Assembly (NCBI GenBank): GCA_000708835.1
Contig: DF237112.1
Span: 1-64,000 of the forward strand
Direction of reading: 5' to 3'
From: Klebsormidium nitens
Taxonomy: Eukaryota > Plantae > Klebsormidiophyceae
DNA: 64,000 nucleotides
Within the stretch, counting starts at the first letter, position 1. Every line of letters begins with the position of its first letter. Below the pieces are notes generated by a model. That model ran no database searches and was not told where the DNA came from. It was given only the letters and a program-made list of their open reading frames with translations. The position numbers and the translations under genes were made by a program. Below, in pieces: positions 6,926-18,340 of the stretch.

Positions 6926-9900
6926 CTACCAACGGTTCAAGAGGGCTGCCCGTACCGCTGGGGTCCAAAGGTCTACCCTACCCGCAATCCGCAATTTAGG
7001 GTCATCAACCCGCCTTAGTTTCGAATTTCGCCCGCTGACAACGTTAGCCAGGATGACGATGAATGCATTTAAGCTAGAGTACCACGCTAAGGTTTTGAAT
7101 CTGACAAGAAACGAGTTGCAACTCTCAACGGCGGACGTGTTGACGAAGCGGACAGCGTCGTAGTAGTCTGTTGAAAGGAGACAAGAGAAAGTGTTAAACA
7201 ACCGGATCGAGAGGGCTTGCAAAGCAAGGTGTGTTGCGTAAAGGGAAGTCGCGCAATCCTCGAAAACTCATGCTTGCAGGATTTGACTTGTGCTTTAGGC
7301 CCAAGCGTTTGCTATACTCACCCGGGTTGAAGCCCGGCCCGCACTTGTGCGCCTCTGCATCCGTGCGTTGAAAATGGAATCTGCAGGGCAAACGAAGCAC
7401 AAGCTAAGTGCTCAACTCCTGCCCAAGCTGTACGCGCCTTGAATGTGTGGCAAGGCTTCCAGATCGGCTTCACTAGACCTCCAATCCAAAAGGTCTCTGA
7501 CCCCCGACTTCAATGTTTCCCTGCGATCTGCCACATCATAGGGTAAACAGCTGGTGCCTGGTCGCCTTGGTGATCTAGCCGAACCTTAACCTTTTATGCA
7601 CTTGCGTTTGAATGCAAGGAGGAAGGGCAACGCAAGAGTTCGCTCACCTGTCCACAAGAAAGCGGACGTCCGCTAAGAAGATCGGCTCGCGTCTCATGCA
7701 GTACGCCTGAAGCTTGCAGCTGTTGTCGTAAATAAGGAAGTTTGGAAGGTTCCGTTGGTGCAGGCGCGTGTAGAGCACGGTGAATGGGTCTCTCGGCGAC
7801 TCCCCCCGCATCATCACGTGAAAACCATACACCACTCTGTGAGGACAGCAGAACAAAAAACCGCCCTTGGTGTGCTGCTGCAGCCGCTTGGCAGACTTCA
7901 CGCTGCTCTTGGCAGCGATCTCACAGTCGAACTCGCCCACTGTAAGCCCGCTTCGGCAGCGATGTTCTTCTCGGCGATCAACGGACCTCCCAAGCTCGTC
8001 CTCAAATGGCTTGTACTGCGGGAGAGGCCGCTTTTGCTCCCAGCCCGGCAGGGGATAGCAGCCCAGCTTGCGTTGCTCTTTACAGAACGGGTGGTCGGAA
8101 GGAAGGGCGTGAGGTTCAGAGCCGTCGGCCTCGAGCCCCAACCTGTCTCGCAGAAGTTGGAGCTCCGACTGGGACAGAGGGTACTGCTGTGGGGCTGGAG
8201 GGGTTAGGCTTTCGACGCCGGGCAGCAGGTCGTTGGCACGTGCCTCCCAAAAGCGGAACACTTTTAGCTGCTCAGCGTTTGGGGCGTTTTCCTGCGTTCG
8301 GAAGTCTCTGGCCAGCCTCACGCAGTAGTCAAGCCCTTCGATGGCCGAGAGGGCCCACCCCGCTCGCCCAATTCCCAGGCCGCACGCTCCGCGGCCAAAC
8401 AAAGTCAGCCGATACAGGTGGTGCAGAGCGGGCATGAAGAAGTCCGGGTAGACATTACCGTAGTGGTCGAGCAGGCGCCGCAAGACTGGCGCATGCTCAG
8501 CCAAGGTGGCTTTGTCTTTGCCGTTTGCTGCGCCCCCGAGGAGGAACTTTCGCACGACAGCCAGCGCCCGTCCGTGCTGAATGAGATTTGAATCGTCCGA
8601 GACGGAGAGAGGGGTGCCCAGCCCGTAGAGCAGCTCGGACCACTTGCCGGGGCAGCGCGGGGGCCAGCGCAAGTTCTCACGCATCGCCTCTCGCTCAATC
8701 CCATCAAGGAGCTCGAGCACGGCTTCGTTCTTGGAGCGGATCTGCCCAACCTGCTCCCTCAAGATCCGCCGCCTCCAGTGAAGGAGAATGGGGTCTGCAT
8801 CAGCATCAGCTGGGTCTGCCACGAAGCCGGCCACCACTTCGACGTCAGCCCGCTCCAGCGCAATCTGCATTAGCACAACGAATCGTTAGCACCCAGCGCA
8901 ATCTCAGTCAAAAACTTGCTCCTTACTTAAGAAGACCAACCGACTTCTGACTAGTGTGCCACGTAAGCCTCAGACGTCAGCTTTCTTTGTATGAAGATCA
9001 GCTTTTGACTGATCCAAGATGCGCGCCACTCCCGTAATCTGCCCGCTCCTGAGCAAGTTGAGCAAGGTGGGCGTGATGCACCGGGCTAGCCTAGTCAAAA
9101 CTCGCCTACTTCTTCACAAGGGAGAACATGCAACTTCTGACTGATGCGCCACCACGCAACCGCTTGCCGCTTGACAGCTTACCGGCAACTCCACGTACTC
9201 CTTTTGAGCGAGGGGCTTCCCACTTCCGGGGTCCTTTAGATGATGTCCACTGAACCGCGCAAGCAGCGCCCGCAGCTCAGGCTGGATCACAAGACGCCGC
9301 TTCATCCCCCGCCCCTCGAGAGACGTAGCGCAGTAGTTGACGCCCGCCTCGATGGTCTTCTCCACGTTGAACCCAGCAGAATCCTGGCTCGGCGCTGTGA
9401 ATGGGCGCACGGCCGCCGCGCTGGTGCCTGCCAAGCCCCCTTTCTGGCGCCCGCCGTCGGCGCAAGCCAGACCAGCGATGCCGTCGCAGAGAAGTACCTG
9501 TCAAGAACAAGAATGCGGATCGGACCTGTGCGCTTCAAGAGCGTTGAGTGCAACAAAGTCTCATATTTCGAGCAACCTTGACTGCATTGCAGGAGGTTGC
9601 AGTCCTCCACCGAGAGGATTTTAAGTTCTTGATATCCGTGACTTCAAATTCACAAAATCTAACGTGGAGAGAGACCAGGATGCGCACTTCCGATGGGCTC
9701 TCCCTCATCTTCCTGTTGAGGACAGCGCTCAGTATCAAAACTCCGCACCAAGCAATGCCTTTGAGCAAGCAAAAGCTTGGACACTTGAGCAAGGGAACTG
9801 ACCTTTGGATGCAGCCCGCAGATGCTGCAACACTCCAGGATGGATCGTCCACACAGCCGGAAGAAACTCAGGCTAGCCTTGCGCCAGGTCTCTTCCGAGA

Positions 9901-12900
9901 GGAGCACCGCACTTGGTTTGTACTGCCGCCGCACTTCCGCACATGCAGAAATGAAGCCGTTGGAAGCGGAACCAGACTCTTGAATGGATCGTAGCAGAAG
10001 CTGGCACGATGCTTGGGTGACGATGACCCCCCTTGTCCAGGCGAAGAGGCCAAGGGCTTCACCATTGAAGTGGATTGTGTGTTTTTCAGGGCAGGCACAG
10101 CAGAAGATGCGGACCTTCACCTGCAGAGAAGGAAGGTTGTGATAAGGAAACCATCATCTGGAAAGCAATCAAGGCTGGACGCGGGGCACGTGCCCTTTTT
10201 CCGATCAGCCGCAGTCAATAGTCGCCATCTGATCTCTATAGAAAAGCAACTCCTTTTTGACTGAGTCCGTCGCACTCCGACCCGCATTCCACATCACCAG
10301 AGCTGAGTCAGAAGTAGCCCGCTTATCATCATATGAATGAGACTCCTTTTTGACTGACAGTGAGCCGCTATTCTGACCCGCTTGCCACGACAGCAGAGCC
10401 GCAGTCAATTGTCGCCATCAGATCTTTGTAGAAAAAGGACTCCTTTGTGACTAAAAGCAGGTCAAATGGGCGTCAGTTTCTGCAGCGCCTTCTCGATGCA
10501 AGGAAACACGAATCTATGCGCAACTTCCGCGCAACATGCCTGGACTTCCATACGGTCTCACCTCTTGAGCCCACTGCAGGGAGTAGATGTGCGCGGATTG
10601 CCAAAGCCCCATCCATCCAGTCTTGCAGGGGGGAGGTGCCCTGGGGCAAGGGGCGGACAGGCACTCCATCGCGCTGAGCTCTGCAAAGTCCCGCCCCACC
10701 AGCTCGCTGACCCTCACAGGTTGGCGCAATAGGGTGACCTCAGGGTCGTGGACATCCCAGCTGTCCACCGGGCGCACCAGCTTGGGGATCTCGACCTGAA
10801 CCCCCTCTGCCTCCATGGGAAGCACCATCGCGACGCGCCCTGACGCGCCATGGGTGCACGCCCTCGAAGGACAAGCGCAGCTCGTGCACACCGGGACCAT
10901 GACCTCGCCATGCCTCCCCACACCAACACCACTGCAGCTCTCGGCCTCTTCTTCGCAGCTGCTCGCACCGTCTGCTGCCACTGGCTCTGCTGCGTCGCGC
11001 CCCTTGGCGGCCCAAAACGCTTACTCCTCCGCTTCACCCCTGGCTTTCCCTCAGCAGGTGCGCTCCCATCCACTTGCTCCGATCGAGCCCGCTTCCCGCT
11101 TGCAGACGCGGAGCTGCAACACCCTGATGCACACGCCCCGACGTCCGTAACAACCCCGCCAAACAACCTAGGATGCTGCTTGCAGAAGCAGGTCTCCCCC
11201 TTGCAGGTCGCCTCGTGGTGGCCGCCAGTGACCAGCTCGAGGAGATACTGTTCCAGCTCTTGGGGTGCGTCCTCCGAAGGGGAGCCCTGGGCTTCATTCG
11301 AATCTGATGCATGGGTGTCAGCGCATCCCGCAGGCACGCCGTTCGCTGCTGCACCTCCTGCCCCAACTCGCACGACATTTCCCCCATGATGAACGGAAAC
11401 TAGGGCCCGCTCGAGCTGCGCCTCCAAAAAGAGACACCCGCTCACCCTGTGAACCCCATCTGGCCGCTGCAAGGCTCTCTTCACCTCCAGGATGTGGCTG
11501 CAGTCAGCGGTCTTTGAACAACCGCTTTGTCTTCCTTCGCAATACCAAGGGAACTGCTTGCTGGCGCCAAAGTGCACCATGGTCCTTTGCGGCGAGGGGG
11601 ACGCTGCGTTCCAATACACGCCGAAGACTCTTTCGCCTGGTCTGCAAGGTGCCTCAACCATCCTGGGCCCCTTCTGCAGAGAGATGTGGCTTGCTTGCCT
11701 TGGTCTTTCCAGCGCCTGCAGCGCGAGCTTGTGGACGCATGGGGCGTTGAAGTACAGCCGCCCCCGATCACACGTGCAGCTTGGGACCCCTCTTGTGTCC
11801 CAATGGACCGTTTCAAGCAGCGCCCGCACCTTGCTCGGCCGTCCCAGCGGCTTTGGTCTTGCATTATTGTGATCCCAAGCAGTGCCAAGGTACACTGTGC
11901 TCGGAGAGTCCTCTTCTCCGACACTGTACAAGACGCACTGCCCTCCCTTGATGGCGTTGATGAACTTGGCAGCTTGCGCAGCGATGGTAAGGCGGCCATC
12001 GGCGTCGCGGGAGTCCGTGGGCGAAGCTTGGCTGCGTCTCTCCTGCACATAGACAATCACAGCCATAAGTTGACCCTCTTCAGTGCTGCCAGCCGTGCAC
12101 ACAAGTGCGACTTTCAGCTGCCTTCTGGGGGTCCATTTCCAGAAACTCATCATGCAACAAGCGGTGAACATGTCATTCTGCTCCTCACATCGTTTTGACC
12201 ACTATCTACGTCAAGCTTTGCATGGTGCAATCACAGATCAGAGTGCGAGCGCTGCTCAAACGTTGCCGTGCAAGTTTCGTACATGACAAAAGCAATCTAC
12301 ATGCTCACCGTGCATTGCCACACAGACGCAAAGCAAAACCACGACGAGCGTCCTGCAAGACTGATTTCAGACATTGAGCAGGTTGGACTTGGGCACTTGA
12401 ACTCTCACCGTTGAGGGGGCGTTTGCTCTCGGGACCTCCCCTGCTCTCCGCCCTCTGTTGAGTGCAGCCTCAGCTGCAGTACTACCACGCCGCCCCCCAA
12501 ACTCTTGCTTCGCTTCCTGATCCTTGAGAACGAGGGGCTTCAGCTCCTCTCCCAGCAGCGCTTTCAGCTGGCGCCATGGCTGCGCTTTTGAGGAGCGCTG
12601 AAACCAGACCTCATCTGGCCCTACCCAGTCTAACCTGGCAACAGAGATCACAAGACTGTCGGCTGACTCCGATACGGGGCCGAAATGCCGGCCCACACAT
12701 TGCAAGCAGAGAGGCTGTTCCTTCCGTTGCCCACTGACCCTCGAGTTCTGCTCGGTAACCGCAAACCCCTTCAGCAGATGCGACTTTGGAAACGACAACC
12801 GGTACCCATCGGCATGTTTTGCTATCAGCGTTTGCTTACAGATTGCGACGAGACATCTACAATAAGGCTCCCCGCACGAACATGTTTCTGACTCAGTGGG

Positions 12901-12939
12901 TGCAGTGTTTGATGTTGAGCTGACTGAGCTCCAGCGCAC
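6926..12939 (-). mobile_element. KDZ (Kyakuja-Dileera-Zisupton) DDE transposase gene with SWIM-like and CxC Cys clusters, spliced
   Basis: GT-AG exons 10562-up, 9803-10120, 9183-9497, 7648-8864, 7322-7380 and 6926-7167 join in frame. They give CCSICGLHPK|VLLCDGI (D1), GFLFCCPHRVVYGFHVMMRGESPRD, LIYDNSCKL (D2), VDR|FH and NTSAVESCNSFL (E). Upstream are CTC..CVH and WYC..C..CSH SWIM-like motifs. The 5' exons (>12100) and a frame change near 10900 are unresolved. Confidence 0.85.
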
Positions 12940-13233
12940 CTTGCTGGTAGATGGCTGTTATGATGTTTTGCAAGGCGTGCAGGCTGGCAGGGCCCCGCAG
13001 CCGGCGGTGCGGTCAAAACTGCCGAATCCAGTCGAGGACCGGGTGGGCTCTGCATCTTTTCTAGTCGGGGTCCTTGCTGGTTAGCGAAGTCGGCAAAGTG
13101 CGAAATGAATCTGATTTCCGCGCCTTATATAGATGGTTCTGATCAACGCCGGTCGCTTGTTTAGACTGAAAGTTCTAGTTTATGGTCTGGATTAGAACCG
13201 CCCCGGTCGCTTTTTACAAGCTTTTTCCGGAGG

Positions 13234-13324
13234 GCCACGTACCTAGGTTGGAAGCGTCCGTCCGCCGGGGCTTCATGAACGTGGTCAGAGTCTGACGAAA
13301 CCGTCTCACCCGCCCGGCCACGTA
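13234..13324. promoter_or_regulatory. Cluster of ACGTGG (ABRE/G-box-like) cores in the divergent KDZ/methylase intergenic region
   Basis: GCCACGTA (reverse complement TACGTGGC) at 13234 and 13317, and AACGTGG near 13278. Confidence 0.3.
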
Positions 13325-13815
13325 AATCAGCATCCCGGGCGCCCTCGAATTCGGTCCGGCCCGCTCGAATTCCGCAGGGGGTCCGAGACTCTCGGTCCTC
13401 TACGGCACTGGATTCAAGATAACGTCACTTTGCCGGTTCTTTCTGCCGCATGGCCGTCCGGCGCGCGACCGGCACCGTCGATGGGCGGCTCGCCACGGAC
13501 GCGCATCCTGAGCCGTCTATTTTATGCCGTTCAACAGATCCTAGGATACTCAGCCGTACCGACGAATAGGTACGGTACCTATTCGTCGTCTGGACGTTAA
13601 CCAAGCACGCACCATACCGTATTGAATAGGCATACGGTATACTGCATTGAATAGGACGGAGCGTTCGGGGAGCGCGCGCGTAGTTCGCGGGGTGTTGTGC
13701 ATTGGCATTGGCTAGACTTGGGGGATCACCCTGGTTTTGAACAAATGCAGGCTTCAACTTTCAAGTTCAACTTCAAGGTTTCCTGCTTGAACTCCCTTGA
13801 ACTTGAATTTCAGAA

Positions 13816-16732
13816 ATGCCTCTGTCGCCTTTTGGAATGGCTCCGTTTGCTGCATATGCTCAGGGAACCACCCTCGTTTCTGTTGGTCGACGTGTAAGCA
13901 TTGCAGCCGGGTTTCCAAAGCTTCAAAATCTGCCACCTTTGCAAGCAATTTCAACGTGGGCACAGACTACTTTCCGCTCCTGCTCCTGCAAAATACATGT
14001 TCCAGCACAACGTCAATGGAGGTTGATACAAATCCCACCTTTCACAGCTCCAACCTGTCCCTTTTCTCAAACGTACACAGTTACCACCTTTCCTGCCCCC
14101 TCATTCTGCAGAAAGGCAATTTCACAACAGCTTACTGTTTCTGGACCTGAGCAGAAAGCATTCTCAACCGCATCGCCCGTGGAAAGAGAACAGAGCCAGG
14201 AGATGCCAGCAGAGTTGCCGGCGCTGTTCCACTCTGGCATAAGAATGACGACTGTTGCGCACCGCATATGGGAAACATTCCTGAGAGAGGGGGACTGTGC
14301 TGTAGACCTGACTGCCGGGAATGGACATGACACGCTATTTTTGGCAAAGCATGTCCTGCCTGTAAAGGAAAAGAGCGCCACAATAGGTCCAGGCTGTGTA
14401 TGGGCGTTTGACATCCAGGTAAGCATTCTTAACCTCCGAGGATGTACAATGCAGCTCGATGTGACACGCAACAGATGTGACACAGACGATAGATTGTAAT
14501 TGGTGCGCTTAACAGAGTTGGCTATGCTAGTGCTGCTTTCCAAGAGTAAGCAGCCAGTCACAACCAAGCCTGTTCTCATCCAAGCCTTCTCAAAGACTCA
14601 AACTACTGTAAGTTCGCATCTTGTTTCAACCCTTGCAAGTATCACCGGACTCCGCTCAATCACGCCCACCGCAATAAGCATATACAAGCAAGTCAAGTGA
14701 AAGCATTGTTTGGTGCAGACAACTGCCGCTGCCTCCACTCGACAACTGCTGGAGCGCGAGCTGACGCCCGAGCAGTTGCGGCGAGTCAGTGTCATTAACG
14801 AGTGCCATAGCAACCTCAAGCAATACATCCAGCACAAGGATGTGAGGTCGGCTCGTTTGCTTGCTGTCCTTTTTGCTTGTTCGGGGTGTTTGTTTGCAAC
14901 GTTGCTTGGCCAAGGGCTATACTTTGAATTATGCACTTCTGGCATGGACCATATCCTCACAGCTCTTTTTCAGAAAGCGGGCATCGGGTCTACAATGCTC
15001 GGAGCAGGATTCCTGATCTTGAACCGTCCGATCAACGTGAAGGAATGCATCAAAAAGCTCAAAATCAGGAACCATGCTTGGAGAGAGGCAACTTCGATGC
15101 AGACAGCTGCAAGTAGTCTTGAGGATCTTTTGAGCCACAAGAATCCAAGGTTAGGGACCTTTGCCAGGAAGTGCCCCCCCACCGTTGAGGATGATTCTTC
15201 GTAGGATTCTGTGGAGGCAAGCGGGCTCGGATTGACGGTATATGCAGCTAGATAACCCTGAAAGTGTTGTACACCCTTTTGAACTAGGCTGTAGTGTGTG
15301 GCTAAGGGCCCCTGGTCAACCGCTTCTGATGCCCTTGCTAGCATCTCGACGTTGCTTAACCACGCCTAACCATGCCTAACCATGCGTAATCGTGCCTGGT
15401 CCCATCATACGCTGCTTTTTGAAAGGAGAAGAACGCTTGGAGCTCAGCTCATATCTGATAACCCCAAGGTGCATCCACAAGTTTCAGCAGCCATAACAAG
15501 GCTACTAACTCTGGTTAGCCAGCAACAAAAAAAAAACGTTTCTGGGTCTCGCACGGCAGCTAATACTAACCCTGGTTAGCTAGCAACAAATGAACACATT
15601 TCTGGGTCTCATACGGCAACTGACACAAATCCTTCCTGTTGCAGGCTGGTCTGCTTCAACCTTGGGTACCTACCAAAAGGTGACATGCAGATTACTACGA
15701 CGCCTGAAACAACGCTGGCTGCGCTAGATGCATCTCTAGAGGTGCTTGCAATCGGGGGCCACATTTCAATCCTGGCATACGCAGGTCATCCGGGGGGCAT
15801 GTGAGTAACCCAAATTTGATGCTCGTTCAGGTGATCAGACTAATCTTTTGAAAGTGCTCGTCGATTTCATTAGTAGTCCACTTTTAGGTGCTGTAGCATG
15901 ACATGTGAGCAGCCCGAATCTGAAGTATCGTCCCATGCAAGAGTCCAAGTTTTTGAGGGGTTCGTTCGCGCGCCTGTTGTTGAGTCTGCTCATGCTGAGT
16001 CCCTCAGAAGGGGCGTAGCACAACATACGGCACTCGGCAGCCATGAATTGCAGGGATTTCAGCTTCAAAGTGTTGGAATTATCTCTCAGCAACCGAGGAG
16101 CCTCCGTGTCGGTTTGCTTCCGAGGGCACAGGCGAATCGTGCCCTCTCTATCCATGAATGTGAAGCAGACCAGTTTTCCAGTTAGTAAAGGAAGTTCAAA
16201 CCCTGAGCGCTTGAGGGGACTGAATCAAGCAAGCAGTCGACAAGATCATTCGCGTGACAACATCCAGTTACAGCGACTTTCCTGTTGTAAGGTCGCAGAA
16301 CCGACGACTTTGCAAAATTGACGACAAGTCTTGGTCTGATCGTTAAATAGACCGTACAACTGTGGCCTTCTTTTCGCCACAGGCAACCTGATGTGTAGTT
16401 CTCTCCGTTGGCCTGAAATCACCAAGCTCTGCGTATCCTTGGGAGAAGGCCTTGAGGATGGTATAGGGTAGACTCTCGTCTAGTCTATGGATAAATATAC
16501 AATCAGGTATGTAAACAAAAAGGAAAACGCCCGACAAGCGGGAGGTGCCAAGCCTGGCGTGGCAGGTTATTACTCTCTCAAAGCTGGTGACTTTCTTGTG
16601 TGCAGGGAAGAATACGAAGCCGTCCGGAGCTGGGCTGCGAAGCTAAGCCCGCACTACTGGGGCTGTTCGTTGCACGAGTTCGTCAAAAGTCCGGAGTCCG
16701 CCAAGTTGTTACTCATATGCAGACGAAAGTAG
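13816..16732 (+). CDS. SAM-dependent putative rRNA methylase (YtqB/PF06962-like) with an N-terminal extension (possible organellar transit peptide)
   Basis: Exons 13816-14418, 14719-14846, 15645-15800 and 16606-16732 splice in phase. They give AVDLTAGNGHDTLFLA...VWAFDIQ|TTAAASTRQLL..VINECHSNL..DVR|LVCFNLGYLPKGD..TTPETT..LAYAGHPGGM|EEYEAV...RRK*. Confidence 0.92.
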
Positions 16733-18340
16733 GCAACTTGCCCATACAGCGTACTTTCGGAAGCAAAGGATATAGCTATAGTGTGGCCGACTGACAAATA
16801 TTATAGCAGGTTCACGTATGCACAGCCTAAACATAGCGTGCGTCGGGGACTTTCTTACGTGGGAAGGTGACCTGATTCTTACGACACAGGGAGCTCCGGG
16901 ACGTTCAAGCCGTTGCGAACGTGCTTAGATAGGTTCAGTATGAAACCAAGCAAAGGACACTAGGGCTAATGAGTCACTGACTTAGATGAGAAAGTGGCCA
17001 GCTTCATTGAGAATGAGTGTACCACTAGGTGCAGTTGAACATCAATGTGCAAAACTTAGCCTTGACTGTTTTGACCGGACACTGACATTTTACACGTACG
17101 CATGATGATTCCGGCCGGGCCTCTGTCCAAAGTTCAAATGTTGCGCCGCGCCACTTGAAGGGTGGCCACCGGACAGGGCATTGAACTTGAACTAAGAGAC
17201 CGTCAAGAAAAGTTCCGTGATATGGTGCCAGCACAGCTAATAACTTAGCAATTCTTATATCAAGCTTGTTAGTGTAAGAATTTATTCAGATTGGAGCCTG
17301 CATATAATGAATGCATGGACGAGCCTGCTCGACTCATGCAGCTGATCGACAACCTTCAATCTGTTATCATTTGGCGGCCGCCTGGTGGAATGGCTGCATG
17401 ATCGAGACCGTCGGTTAGTTCGCAACTCAGCGCCAAATTGAACTTAGTGATTGTCGGACATGCAATGGCTGTACGTCACGGCGCTATGCGTGACCGTCTA
17501 CTGCACGCTGGGCCATCATGGATATGATGCAATCATCAGGGATTCTACGGCGCGCGGCGCCGTCACCTCAATCGTACAATGAGCCCGCGCGTCATGGGCG
17601 GCCGCCTTACTTTCTAAGCAGAACACTTTATCTAGTGCAGGCGGCACAGCGCCCTCAAACACAGCCGGTATACAGCTTACTACGCCGCAGAAGCTTGCAG
17701 TACTCGTCAGTGCGTGCATGATCCACACATCGACTCACATGCTGCCGCTGAGAATTGAAGGTAAGTTCCGTGAAGCTATAATAAACAATACGATTGGACA
17801 TGCCATAGGCTGCATGGGCATTGTAGCACTGCTATATACGTACTACCAAAGCAGACGGACTTGTGCGGCCATAACTAGTTTGGACAGCTAGGTACATATT
17901 CCAAATCGTCTGGCCAACATTGGTTAGCTTAGCATAGCTAGCCCGAATAGCATACCGGATAGCATAGGCACTATTGATAGTGGGGCACCCGACTCAGTCT
18001 TGAATAACGTTGGTATGGGGCTTTCATGTACCTATAGGTGGGACTCCCACGCTGGCAATGGATGGAGCCCGAAGGATCGGATGCACTGAAGATTCACCTC
18101 AGTTCTGAGTCCGCACTCATTGCATGCTGCATATGAGGTAAAGAGGCCCCCAACCGGTCATGCAACACAAATGGGGGACACACCCAGGTAAACAGTTGGC
18201 AATCGCCCACTTGAAAGAAGGCAAGCTTGACGGGCTGACATCGATGACTCTATAAGGCGACAACTACCGCATGACTAGATACTTCTGACCTATACGGGTT
18301 GCTCAAAACGTCGTCCAACGGCCGACTCCAGAGGACCAGT

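Noticed and set aside
6838-13395. Candidate TIRs for the KDZ element (AGAGTCTC at ~6840 and GAGACTCT at ~13385)
   Set aside because: Only an 8-bp match that does not extend, and no TSD.
16800-18300. Possible shared repeat between 17300-17760 and 54780-54960 (GCTCGACTC and CATG-rich motifs)
   Set aside because: Only short word matches. I could not establish a colinear alignment by eye.
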